From positions 1-64,000 of the forward strand of contig JBBTED010000048.1 in assembly GCA_038042445.1 (NCBI GenBank): 64,000 nucleotides of DNA, in the 5' to 3' direction. Of this stretch, positions 30,518 through 39,840 are shown one piece after another; position 1 is the stretch's first letter, and the number at the start of each line of letters is the position of its first letter. The position numbers and the translations under genes are program-made. This DNA comes from Candidatus Firestoneibacteriota bacterium (GTDB taxonomy: Bacteria; Oederibacteriota; D2-FULL-39-29; JBBTED01). The notes under the pieces are model-generated. The model worked only from the letters and a program-made list of their open reading frames with translations, was not told where the DNA came from and ran no database searches.

Positions 30518-31084
30518 ATGAAGAAGTTATGGATAATATTAGGTGTAGTTTTAGTGTTTTTACTTATGCTTGTTGGAACCTATGTAAGCAATTACAACAG
30601 ACTTGTTAGAACAAGTGAAAGTATAAATAGTTCATGGGCACAGGTTGAAAACCAATTACAGAGAAGATTTGACTTAATTCCTAATTTGATAAATACAGTA
30701 AAAGGCTATGTAAAACATGAAAAAGGAATATTTGAGTATGTAGCAGATGCAAGAGCAAAATTAGCAGGTGCAAAAACAATAGCAGATAAAGTAAAATCAG
30801 CAAATGATTTAGAAACAGGGTTGTCCCGCTTACTTGCAATTGCTGAAAATTATCCACAGTTAAAAGCAAATGAAAACTTCATAAGACTTCAAGATGAGCT
30901 TGCAGGCACTGAAAACAGAATTGCCGTAGAAAGAATGAGATTCAATGAAATTGTACGTGATTATAATATTTTGATACGAAGATTCCCAAGCAATATCATA
31001 GCCTCAATGTCCGGCTTTGAGAAAAAAGATATATACTTTAAAGCAGAAGAAACTGCAAAAGAAACACCAAAAGTAAACTTTTAA
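30518..31084 (+). CDS. lemA: LemA family protein
   Basis: N-terminal TM, QLQRRFDLIPNL, ENYPQLKAN and GTENRIAVER motifs. Confidence 0.95.
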   Translation: MKKLWIILGVVLVFLLMLVGTYVSNYNRLVRTSESINSSWAQVENQLQRRFDLIPNLINTVKGYVKHEKGIFEYVADARAKLAGAKTIADKVKSANDLETGLSRLLAIAENYPQLKANENFIRLQDELAGTENRIAVERMRFNEIVRDYNILIRRFPSNIIASMSGFEKKDIYFKAEETAKETPKVNF

Positions 31085-31161
31085 TTTTGATTTTAATTTT
31101 GCAAGAAATATATTGACAAAATTCATTAAAATTGTAACAATAATGAGAATTTAAATTAACT

Positions 31162-31296
31162 ATGTTACCTACATATAGACCACATAATCGGAAAAGACAT
31201 AAAACTCATGGGTTTAAAAAAAGAATGAAAACCCATGGTGGAAAAAAAGTCCTTAATAGCCGCAGAAAAAAAGGGCGATATCGTATTTGTGTATAA
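31162..31296 (+). CDS. rpmH: 50S ribosomal protein L34 (not in the ORF track)
   Basis: Manual translation [44 protein letters not shown]; sits upstream of rnpA. TTGACA at 31113-31118. Confidence 0.95.
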   Translation: MLPTYRPHNRKRHKTHGFKKRMKTHGGKKVLNSRRKKGRYRICV

Positions 31297-31329
31297 AAAA
31301 ATTAACTCTTACACCATAAAACCATTAGT

Positions 31330-31707
31330 GTGAATGAGCAAGTTTCGGTGCAGGATTTTACTTTCTCGAAATCTGAACATCTAACCAAAAATGACGAATT
31401 CGATAAAATATATAAAGTAGGTAAACGATACTCTAATAAATTTTTCCTCTTAAATGTACTGGAAAAATCAAAAGTAGATACAAAATATTCACGAATAGGA
31501 TTTTCTGTAGGTAAAAAAATTGCTAAAGCAGTTTTAAGAAATAAACTTAAACGCAAAATGAGAGAAATTTTCAGAACAAATAAATACAAATTGATTAAAA
31601 AAACAGATTTGCTCCTTACAGCAAGACAATTGGCTTTATCTGCAGATTATAAAACATTAGAAACTGCTATATTAGACCTTTTTAAAAAATCAACGCTTAT
31701 TAACTAA
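31330..31707 (+). CDS. rnpA: Ribonuclease P protein component
   Basis: RIGFSVGKKIAKAVLRNKLKRKMREIFR (RNR-type motif); synteny. Confidence 0.95.
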   Translation: MNEQVSVQDFTFSKSEHLTKNDEFDKIYKVGKRYSNKFFLLNVLEKSKVDTKYSRIGFSVGKKIAKAVLRNKLKRKMREIFRTNKYKLIKKTDLLLTARQLALSADYKTLETAILDLFKKSTLIN

Positions 31708-31931
31708 TGCTAAAGAAAATACTGATTGAAAGTATAAAGTTTTACCGTATGATGATATCACCTATTTTTCCACGAGCATGTAGATTTCATCCTTCTTGCT
31801 CTGAATATACAATTTTAGCAATAGAAAACTATGGTATCTTTGGTGGATGCTGGCTTTCTATAAAAAGAATACTTAAATGTCACCCATTTTCAAAAGGAGG
31901 ATTTGACCCCATACCATGCAAAAAAGATTAA
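31707..31931 (+). CDS. yidD: Membrane protein insertion efficiency factor
   Basis: CRFHPSCSEY...RILKCHPF..GGFDP. Confidence 0.95.
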   Translation: MLKKILIESIKFYRMMISPIFPRACRFHPSCSEYTILAIENYGIFGGCWLSIKRILKCHPFSKGGFDPIPCKKD

Positions 31932-33478
31932 TAATTGCAATTGCAATGTCGTTTTTAGTATTGTTAGGTTTTGAATTTTATTATTCAAAAACTTTTGTTC
32001 CGCTTAAAAAACAACCAGTAGAACAAAATAGCATAGAAAAAACTAAAGATGTTTCTTCAACTCCTACAGCTTCTATTCCTGCAATTTCTACAGAAAAAAT
32101 TAAGCCACAAGAATTAAAAAGTTCTACAAAAAATCTGGAAAATGCAAAAGACATAGTGCTGGAAACAAAAAAAATACGAGCTACATTTACAAATAAAGGT
32201 GCAAAACTCAAAAGTTTTATTTTAAAAGAATTTAACGAAAACAAACAGCCCGTTGATCTTGTATCAAAAGAATTACAAGAAAATTTTCCGTTTAAATTAG
32301 AACTGGCAGGAAACAGTGATAATAAAATATGGGAAGTTACTGAAGAAAAAAATGGCGTTTCTTTTAAAACAAAAACCGGTGATTTAACTATAACAAAAAA
32401 GTTCCTATTTGATGATAATACATATAAAGTTAAATTAGATATAGAAGTTTTAAATCTTGGCAAAGAAAATCAGGAAATTAAAGATTTAACATTGTGGTGG
32501 GGACCTGGCATAATTGCAGACAAAAAAGACCTTCTTGAAATTTCAGCAGTAGTTTTTGCAAATAACAAAATAACAAAGTTTAAAGCCCATAAAATTGGAG
32601 AACCTAAAATTGTAAGTGGAAATATTTCCTGGATTGGACTAAAAGATAAGTATTTTATGGTAAATTTAGCCCCAGAAAATGATATTGCTCAATCCTGCAA
32701 AGTTGAACGCAATTCAGAAGGTAGACTTTCTATTGGTGTCCAATTAAAACCACTTGTTTTAGAAAAAAATGCAAAGAAAAATATTTCATTCGCATTGTAT
32801 ATGGGTCCTTTAATATTAGAAGAACTAAGACCACTCAACATTGGATTAGACAAAGCATTGGATTTTGGGATATTTTCCTGGCTTGGAATATGGTTCCTAA
32901 TCATCATGAAATTTTTATATAAAATAGTACCTAATTGGGGATTGGCTATAATTTTACTTACTGTTTTAATTAAGATTGTCCTGTGGATTCCAACTCAAAA
33001 AAGTTATAAATCAATGAAAATGATGCAAAATTTACAACCACAATTTAAAGTGTTGAAAGAGCAATATAAAAATGACCCGAAATTATTGAATCAACAAATG
33101 ATGAAGCTTTACAAAGAGAATAAAGTGAATCCTCTTGGAGGATGCTTGCCAATGTTATTGCAATTGCCTATATTCTATGCTTTATATACTATACTTACAA
33201 ATGCTATAGAACTTCGTTCTGCACCATTTATTTTCTGGATAACTGATCTCTCATTAAAAGACCCTTATTATGTATCAGCATTATTAATGGGTGTCACAAT
33301 GTTTATACAGCAAAAAATGACACCGGCAGCTGACCCACAACAGGCCAAAATAATGCTTGTGCTTCCTGTAATTTTTACAGTTATGTTTGCAGGATTACCA
33401 GCAGGTGTGCTTTTATACTGGATAATACAAAATATACTTTCAATAATTCAGCAGTATCATGTAAATCAATCTAATTAA
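31916..33478 (+). CDS. yidC: Membrane protein insertase YidC
   Basis: NWGLAIILLT, NPLGGCLPMLLQLPIF, WITDLS..DP and a periplasmic domain. Confidence 0.97.
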   Translation: MQKRLIIAIAMSFLVLLGFEFYYSKTFVPLKKQPVEQNSIEKTKDVSSTPTASIPAISTEKIKPQELKSSTKNLENAKDIVLETKKIRATFTNKGAKLKSFILKEFNENKQPVDLVSKELQENFPFKLELAGNSDNKIWEVTEEKNGVSFKTKTGDLTITKKFLFDDNTYKVKLDIEVLNLGKENQEIKDLTLWWGPGIIADKKDLLEISAVVFANNKITKFKAHKIGEPKIVSGNISWIGLKDKYFMVNLAPENDIAQSCKVERNSEGRLSIGVQLKPLVLEKNAKKNISFALYMGPLILEELRPLNIGLDKALDFGIFSWLGIWFLIIMKFLYKIVPNWGLAIILLTVLIKIVLWIPTQKSYKSMKMMQNLQPQFKVLKEQYKNDPKLLNQQMMKLYKENKVNPLGGCLPMLLQLPIFYALYTILTNAIELRSAPFIFWITDLSLKDPYYVSALLMGVTMFIQQKMTPAADPQQAKIMLVLPVIFTVMFAGLPAGVLLYWIIQNILSIIQQYHVNQSN

Positions 33479-33480
33479 AT

Positions 33481-34131
33481 ATGGGTATCCTAAGAAAAAA
33501 GAAGATTGTTGAAAAAAACTTGCCAAGCTTGACAGTGCCAAAAAGTAAAACAAAAATTAAAATTCCAGATAAAAAAGTGGAAACTCCATCAAATTTAAAT
33601 CCTATTGATGAAGCAAAACTAATAATAGAAAAAATTTTGGAGCTTGCTAATTTAGATGCAAAAGTAATAATAAAAAATGCTGACACAATTGAAGCAAGTG
33701 GAAAAGATTCTGCAATAATAATAGGCAGAAATGGCACAACGCTTTTTGCAATAGATACTCTATTAAATAGTATACTAAATAAAAATAAGGCAAATAAGAT
33801 AAAATTTGTTTTTGATGTAGAAGAATACAGACAAAGATATCCAAATAAAACTTTGCCTGTTAAAGGGCAAATAGATCAACATCCACTAAATCAAGCACCA
33901 CCCGCCCCCATAAATCCTTATAATCGTAATCCATATAATTCTTCTAATTATAATAAAAAAACTCCTTATTCCACTACAAATTACAATTATTACACCAAGA
34001 CTCAAAAACGTTCGTCTCTTAATCAAACGAATAATCTATACAAACCATACACTTCACCTTATCCTTCACCATACCGCCAAAACAACAATGGAAAATACAA
34101 TAGCAATAACTTGCCACAGAATAAACACTGA
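33481..34131 (+). CDS. jag: Jag/KhpB-like KH-domain protein lacking R3H, with a low-complexity C-terminus
   Basis: IIIGRNG.TL.AI..L and DVEEYRQR KH-II signature; located between yidC and mnmE. Confidence 0.75.
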   Translation: MGILRKKKIVEKNLPSLTVPKSKTKIKIPDKKVETPSNLNPIDEAKLIIEKILELANLDAKVIIKNADTIEASGKDSAIIIGRNGTTLFAIDTLLNSILNKNKANKIKFVFDVEEYRQRYPNKTLPVKGQIDQHPLNQAPPAPINPYNRNPYNSSNYNKKTPYSTTNYNYYTKTQKRSSLNQTNNLYKPYTSPYPSPYRQNNNGKYNSNNLPQNKH

Positions 34132-35512
34132 TACTATTTGTGCAATTTCCACTCCTATTGGAGAAGGTGGAATTGGGATAGTAAGAATAAGTGGTGAAAA
34201 TTCTTTATCTATAGCCCAAAATATTTTTCTTAAAAAAGGTGCTTTTAAAATTGATGCCTTTAATTTACCTACTTTCACAACACACTATGGACACATAATT
34301 AACCCTGTTACCAAGCAAATAATAGACGAAGTTATTTTAACAGTAATGAAAGCACCACATACTTATACACGCGAAGATATTGTAGAAATTAACTGCCATG
34401 GAGGTGTTATTCCATTAAAATTAACTCTTGAACTCGCAATGAAATATGGAGCAAGACTTGCAGCACCTGGAGAATTTACAAAACGCGCATTTTTAAATGG
34501 AAGAATCGATTTATCACAAGCAGAAGCAGTAATAGATGTAATACGCGCCAAAACTGATATATCGTTAAACGCCAGTATTACACAACTAACTGGGAAATTA
34601 AAAAATGAAGTAGAAACACTACGTTCTAATTTAATTGATATGTGCGCTCAAATTGAGGCAGAAATTGATTTTCCAGAAGAAGAAATAGAAAATTTGGGTA
34701 TTGCTGAGTTCGAAAAGAATATTAAAAATATTTTAGAAAAAATATGTCGTTTGCTAAATAGTTTTCAAAGCGGCAAACTTTTACGAGAAGGAATTAAAAT
34801 TGCAATAATAGGAAAGCCAAATGTAGGAAAATCAAGTCTTTTAAATATTTTTTTAAATGAAGAGCGTGCAATAGTTACTGAAATTCCCGGAACTACACGT
34901 GATACAATTGAAGAATTTTTAAATATTGAAGGTATACCTGTAAAACTTATAGATACTGCAGGAATAAGAAAAACAGAAAACATTATTGAGAAAATCGGGG
35001 TTGACAAAAGCTATACATCTTTATCCCAGGCTGATTTAATATTTTTAATGTTGGATAGTTCTGCTGATTTAACCAACGAAGATGAGCATATATTAGAAAA
35101 AGTTCTTGGCAAAAAAGTATTAATTTTATTAAATAAAATTGATTTACCTAAAAAAATCAATATAGAAAAACTAAAAGAAAAAGCACACAAAATTACAAAA
35201 ATACTTGAAGTATCTGCAAAATACGGGATTGGTATTGATTTACTTAAAAAAGAAGTCTTGTCCATTGTTATGTCCGGTGAAGTAATAAATACCGGAGAGA
35301 TTTTAATAACAAATATCAGACATAAAGAGGTTTTGGAAAAATCAAAAAATTCATTGCTTCACGCCTACAATAGTTTTAAAAAAAATATGTCGCCAGAATT
35401 TATTGCACTTGATATACGCGCAAGCCTAAACCAGTTAGGTGAAATAACAGGCTCTGTTACAACAGAAGACATATTAAACAGAATTTTTGACCAATTCTGT
35501 ATCGGAAAATAA
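34088..35512 (+). CDS. mnmE: tRNA modification GTPase MnmE
   Basis: DTICAISTP, GKPNVGKSS, GTTRD, DTAG, NKID and FCIGK motifs. Confidence 0.98.
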   Translation: MENTIAITCHRINTDTICAISTPIGEGGIGIVRISGENSLSIAQNIFLKKGAFKIDAFNLPTFTTHYGHIINPVTKQIIDEVILTVMKAPHTYTREDIVEINCHGGVIPLKLTLELAMKYGARLAAPGEFTKRAFLNGRIDLSQAEAVIDVIRAKTDISLNASITQLTGKLKNEVETLRSNLIDMCAQIEAEIDFPEEEIENLGIAEFEKNIKNILEKICRLLNSFQSGKLLREGIKIAIIGKPNVGKSSLLNIFLNEERAIVTEIPGTTRDTIEEFLNIEGIPVKLIDTAGIRKTENIIEKIGVDKSYTSLSQADLIFLMLDSSADLTNEDEHILEKVLGKKVLILLNKIDLPKKINIEKLKEKAHKITKILEVSAKYGIGIDLLKKEVLSIVMSGEVINTGEILITNIRHKEVLEKSKNSLLHAYNSFKKNMSPEFIALDIRASLNQLGEITGSVTTEDILNRIFDQFCIGK

Positions 35513-38500
35513 TTAATCAATTTCATTTTCTTTTTCAAACAAGCTATATAAAGCAGGCAAAACAATCAAAGCTAAAAATCCTGAAGATACAAGTCCACTA
35601 AGCACTACAATTGCTAATGGCTTTTGTATTTCTGCGCCTGGACCAGTTGCCCAAAGTAAAGGAATCAAACCCAAAATTGCCACTAAACTGGTGAGAAGTA
35701 ATGGCCTTAATCTTATCTCACATGCTTGGACAATAGCTTTGTTTTTTGGCAATCCCCCTTTTCTTAATTGAATAATAAAAGCAACTAACACCACTCCATT
35801 TGCCACTGCAGTACCAAGTAAAACAAGAAACCCTATCACAGCAGACACACTTAAGGTAATTTTGAAAAGTAGCACTCCAAGAATTCCTCCTACCAAAGCA
35901 AAAGGCAAATTTAGCATAACAAGTAAAGCAGGCTTTAACGCACCAAAAGTATAAAGCAAAAGAACAAATATAAGAAAAATTACTATAGGTACAATTATAA
36001 ACAATGTTTTCATTGCTCGTTCTTGATTCTCAAATTGTCCACCCCAATCAATAAAATATTCAGGAGGCAAAGATCTTTCTATCGGTTGAATTTTTTTCTG
36101 CGCTTCAGCAACAAAACTACCAATATCTCTACCCCGCACATTGCATTCTAACACTACTCTTCTCATTCCATTTTCTCTGCTTATTTGATTAGGAACTTCA
36201 GTTAATTTTATTTTTGCTATCTGCTGTAAAGGTATTCTCTGCCCCTCAGGCGACGAAACAAGAATATTTCCAATACTATTCTCATCATTTCTTCTGTTTT
36301 CAGGAAATCTAACAGCCAAATTAAAACGCTTGTCTCCTTCAAATACCGTTCCAACAGTTTTTCCGCCAATAGCAGTTTCAATTATTTCATTAACATCACT
36401 GACATTTATTCCATAACGAGCAATTGCTTTTCTATCAATATCTATATCTAATTGTAAAAATCCAGAAATTTGTTCTGCCTTAACATCTTTGGCTCCTTTA
36501 ATATCTGAAATTATATGCTCAATTTCCTCTGCTTTTTTTCCAAGTAATTCTAAATCATAGCCAAAAATTTTAATGGCGACATCGGATTTTACGCCTGAAA
36601 TAAGTTCATTTACCCTCAAAGCAATTGGTTGTGAAAAATTAATTTTTACACCAGGTAATTTCTCAAGTTTTTTGTCAATCACTTCAATAAGTTGTGTTTT
36701 TGATTTTACCTTCCAGAATTTTTTGGGCTTTAACATTACAAAAATATCATTTTGTTCAGGACCCATCGGGTCCTCAGCAATTTCAGCTCTGCCTGTCTTT
36801 GTTACCACTGTTGACACCTCAGGAAATTCTAAAAGCAATTTTTCAATAGTTGTCCCTATTTTTTTTGACTCGTCTAATGATACTGTAGGAAATTTAACTA
36901 CATTTAAAGCTATAGAACCCTCATCTAAATATGGCAAAAATTCTGTTCCTACAAATTTAAATAAAAATAAAGAGGTGATAAAAATAACTAATGCAATTAT
37001 TGCAGTTATTTTCTTATATTTCATTGCTTTATGTAAAATAGGCAAATAAATTTTCTTTATTCCTCTAATTAAAATATTTTCTTTTTCTTTTTTGCTTGCT
37101 TTAAGAAACATAGCACTTAAAACAGGAGCTATTGTAAATGCAACAATAAGTGAACCAGTTATGCCAAAGACAATAGTTAATGCCATTGGTTTAAACATTT
37201 TTCCCTCAATATCCTGCATAGCAAATAATGGAATTTTGGTAAGAATAATTATTATTATGGCAAAGAAAACTGGAGACACCACTTCTTTGGTAGCATTAAA
37301 ACAGATACTAAGCTTTTCTTCTTTTGTTGTATTTTTATTTTCATTCAAACATCTGAAAATATTTTCTACAACAACAATACTTGCGTCTGCAATCATACCT
37401 AAAGCAATGAAAAGTCCTCCTAAAGACATAAGATTTGCAGTAACACCTGTTTGCTTCATAATTATAAAACAAATTAGTGTTGAAATTGGCAAAGAAAGGC
37501 AAACAATAATTGCAGGACGAAATTCACCTAAGAAAAGAAATAAAACAATAATTATTAATATTCCACCTTCTAATAATGCTTTTGTTACGGTATTTATACA
37601 GGTTTTTATTAAATCTGTCCGGTCATAAAAAGGATTTATTTTTATTCCAGCTGGAAGTCTTTCCTGAATCTTTGTGATTGCTTTTTTTACGTTATTTACA
37701 ACTTCTTTTGAATCAGAATCTTTAAGCATAATAATCATACCACATACTGTTTCACCTTTTCCATCTCGCGTAACTGCACCCCATCTTGTTTCGTGACCAA
37801 TTTTCACATCTGCAATATCTTTTATATAAATAGGAGTACCTTCATGAGCCATAACCACAATATTTTCAATATCTTCAAATGTTTTAATCAATCCTATTCC
37901 ACGTACAATTATTTGTTCAGGCCCTTTTATAATGTAATTTGCTGATGAAATAGCATTATTTTTAGCTAATGCCGAAGAAATTTGTTCAAGTGTCAAATCA
38001 TATTTTAGTAATTTGTCTGGCTCAACAATTACCTGATATTGTTTTGCAAATCCACCAAAAGAATTAATATCCGCAACCCCACGCACAGAGCGAAGTTGAG
38101 GTCTGATAATCCAATCCTGAACTGTTCGCAGTTCTGTTAAATCAACAGTTTTACTTCTGGTTCCACCATTCCCTTTGGTCTCATTATTCCTTTCAGTCTC
38201 ACTTTCTAAAGTATATTGATATATTTCACCCAAACCTGTGCTTATTGGCCCCATTTCAGGATCAAATCCTTCTGGTAATTTTTCTTTTGCTAACTGAAGT
38301 CTTTCAAATACTAATTGACGAACAAAATAAATATCAACCCCATCTTCAAAAATAACTACAACTTGTGAAAGACCTGCTTTGGAAAGTGAACGAACAAATT
38401 TAACATTTGGCAATCCACTCACTTCAATTTCAACAGGAAATGTAATGAGTCTTTCTACTTCTGTTGGAGCTAATCCTGGTGCTTTTGTTATTATCATTAT

Positions 38501-38635
38501 CTGAATGTTCGTAGCATCCGGGAATGCATCAATTGGTAATTTTTTCCATGCAATTATTCCACTAACAATAATTATCAATGTAATAAAAATTATTAAGATT
38601 TTTTGTCTAAATACAAAAGAAAGAAATTTATCCAT
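35513..38635 (-). CDS. czcA: CusA/CzcA heavy-metal RND efflux permease
   Basis: LPIDAFPD, GLGEIYQY, NLMSLGG, GKMFKPMA and RLRPLLLT motifs. Confidence 0.93.
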   Translation of the reverse strand: MDKFLSFVFRQKILIIFITLIIIVSGIIAWKKLPIDAFPDATNIQIMIITKAPGLAPTEVERLITFPVEIEVSGLPNVKFVRSLSKAGLSQVVVIFEDGVDIYFVRQLVFERLQLAKEKLPEGFDPEMGPISTGLGEIYQYTLESETERNNETKGNGGTRSKTVDLTELRTVQDWIIRPQLRSVRGVADINSFGGFAKQYQVIVEPDKLLKYDLTLEQISSALAKNNAISSANYIIKGPEQIIVRGIGLIKTFEDIENIVVMAHEGTPIYIKDIADVKIGHETRWGAVTRDGKGETVCGMIIMLKDSDSKEVVNNVKKAITKIQERLPAGIKINPFYDRTDLIKTCINTVTKALLEGGILIIIVLFLFLGEFRPAIIVCLSLPISTLICFIIMKQTGVTANLMSLGGLFIALGMIADASIVVVENIFRCLNENKNTTKEEKLSICFNATKEVVSPVFFAIIIIILTKIPLFAMQDIEGKMFKPMALTIVFGITGSLIVAFTIAPVLSAMFLKASKKEKENILIRGIKKIYLPILHKAMKYKKITAIIALVIFITSLFLFKFVGTEFLPYLDEGSIALNVVKFPTVSLDESKKIGTTIEKLLLEFPEVSTVVTKTGRAEIAEDPMGPEQNDIFVMLKPKKFWKVKSKTQLIEVIDKKLEKLPGVKINFSQPIALRVNELISGVKSDVAIKIFGYDLELLGKKAEEIEHIISDIKGAKDVKAEQISGFLQLDIDIDRKAIARYGINVSDVNEIIETAIGGKTVGTVFEGDKRFNLAVRFPENRRNDENSIGNILVSSPEGQRIPLQQIAKIKLTEVPNQISRENGMRRVVLECNVRGRDIGSFVAEAQKKIQPIERSLPPEYFIDWGGQFENQERAMKTLFIIVPIVIFLIFVLLLYTFGALKPALLVMLNLPFALVGGILGVLLFKITLSVSAVIGFLVLLGTAVANGVVLVAFIIQLRKGGLPKNKAIVQACEIRLRPLLLTSLVAILGLIPLLWATGPGAEIQKPLAIVVLSGLVSSGFLALIVLPALYSLFEKENEID

Positions 38636-38662
38636 ACAATTTGCCTCCTGTTTTATTAATTT

Positions 38663-39832
38663 TTACTCGGCACAACCTGCACCCATTTTTGATTTTAATA
38701 ACTCTGATTTGAGTAAAAAATTACCTTCTGTAACTACATTTTCACCTGTTTTTAAGCCACTAAATATCTCAACAATTTCATCTGTCTCTCTACCAAGTTT
38801 TATTTCTCGTTTTACAAAAACATTCTTACCAAATGACACAAAAACAATTTTATTTTCACCATCAGTTAAAACTGCTTTTTTAGGAATAGCCAATATTGAC
38901 TCTTCATTTGTAAGAATTGAAATATTAACAAACATTTCTGGTTTTAATTTGCCACTTACATTATTTATATCTATCTTTATTTTAAAAGTCCTTGTTTTCT
39001 CATCTAATACATCACCTGTTGCAGTTATTTGCCCAATAAATATTTCATTTGGATAAATATTAGTAGTGATTTCAACTTTTTGTTTATTTTCTACTTTTGA
39101 TATATCTCTTTCATAAATATCTGCAATTATCCATAATGTAGACAGGTCAGCTAATTTATATAAATTAGTTTCTAGCTGTATAAAATTTCCCTGAAGGACA
39201 TTGCTTTCCACAATTGTTCCAGAAAATGGAGCGTGGACAGTTAAATATGGTTTGATAATATGCGTTTCTTCTAATACAGCAATTTCTTTTTCTAAAATAC
39301 CAATAATTTTTAATTTTTGTCTTGCTGATTCATAAATTCCCTTAGCAGTAGTTTCTTCTTCAGGATTATTTAATTGCTTAACTCGTTTTAAACGTTCTTC
39401 TGCCTGAAGATATTCAGCTTGCGTAGTTAGATATTCCGGACTATAAAGAGAAAGTAACGGCTCAGCAACTGTTACTTTGCTTTGCATAAATGCAAAAACT
39501 TCTTCTATACGTCCTGATACACGAGATACAATATTTAACAATTTCTTTTCATTATAAGTTACTTTTCCTGTTGCAGATATTTTATTTTTCACTGATTGAA
39601 ATGTAATTTTTTCTGTTTTTATTTCTGCTAATAACTGACTCTCTGGCGAAATAATTACTTTTCCATCTAAACTTGGATTGCAAATATTACATTTTTTTTC
39701 CGACATATTGTGTTCAGAACACCAACCTTCTTTTTCTTTAGAAACCTCTTTCGTAGATTTTGCATTACCACTACAACTCACTAAAATACCTAATAAACTA
39801 AAAACTACAAAATTCACCAATATTTTTTTCAT
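38663..39832 (-). CDS. czcB: RND membrane fusion protein (lipoprotein) with an N-terminal WCxEH..C..C metal motif
   Basis: LVSC lipobox, WCSEHNMSEKKCNIC, APFSG.I, ADLSTLW and LKPEMF. Confidence 0.9.
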   Translation of the reverse strand: MKKILVNFVVFSLLGILVSCSGNAKSTKEVSKEKEGWCSEHNMSEKKCNICNPSLDGKVIISPESQLLAEIKTEKITFQSVKNKISATGKVTYNEKKLLNIVSRVSGRIEEVFAFMQSKVTVAEPLLSLYSPEYLTTQAEYLQAEERLKRVKQLNNPEEETTAKGIYESARQKLKIIGILEKEIAVLEETHIIKPYLTVHAPFSGTIVESNVLQGNFIQLETNLYKLADLSTLWIIADIYERDISKVENKQKVEITTNIYPNEIFIGQITATGDVLDEKTRTFKIKIDINNVSGKLKPEMFVNISILTNEESILAIPKKAVLTDGENKIVFVSFGKNVFVKREIKLGRETDEIVEIFSGLKTGENVVTEGNFLLKSELLKSKMGAGCAE

Positions 39833-39840
39833 TATTCCTC

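Noticed and set aside
30850..30858. Perfect DnaA box TTATCCACA near rpmH suggesting oriC
   Set aside because: It is a single box inside lemA, encoding the conserved NYPQ. Other matches (20521, 44756) are also scattered within CDSs, and there is no cluster or dnaA.
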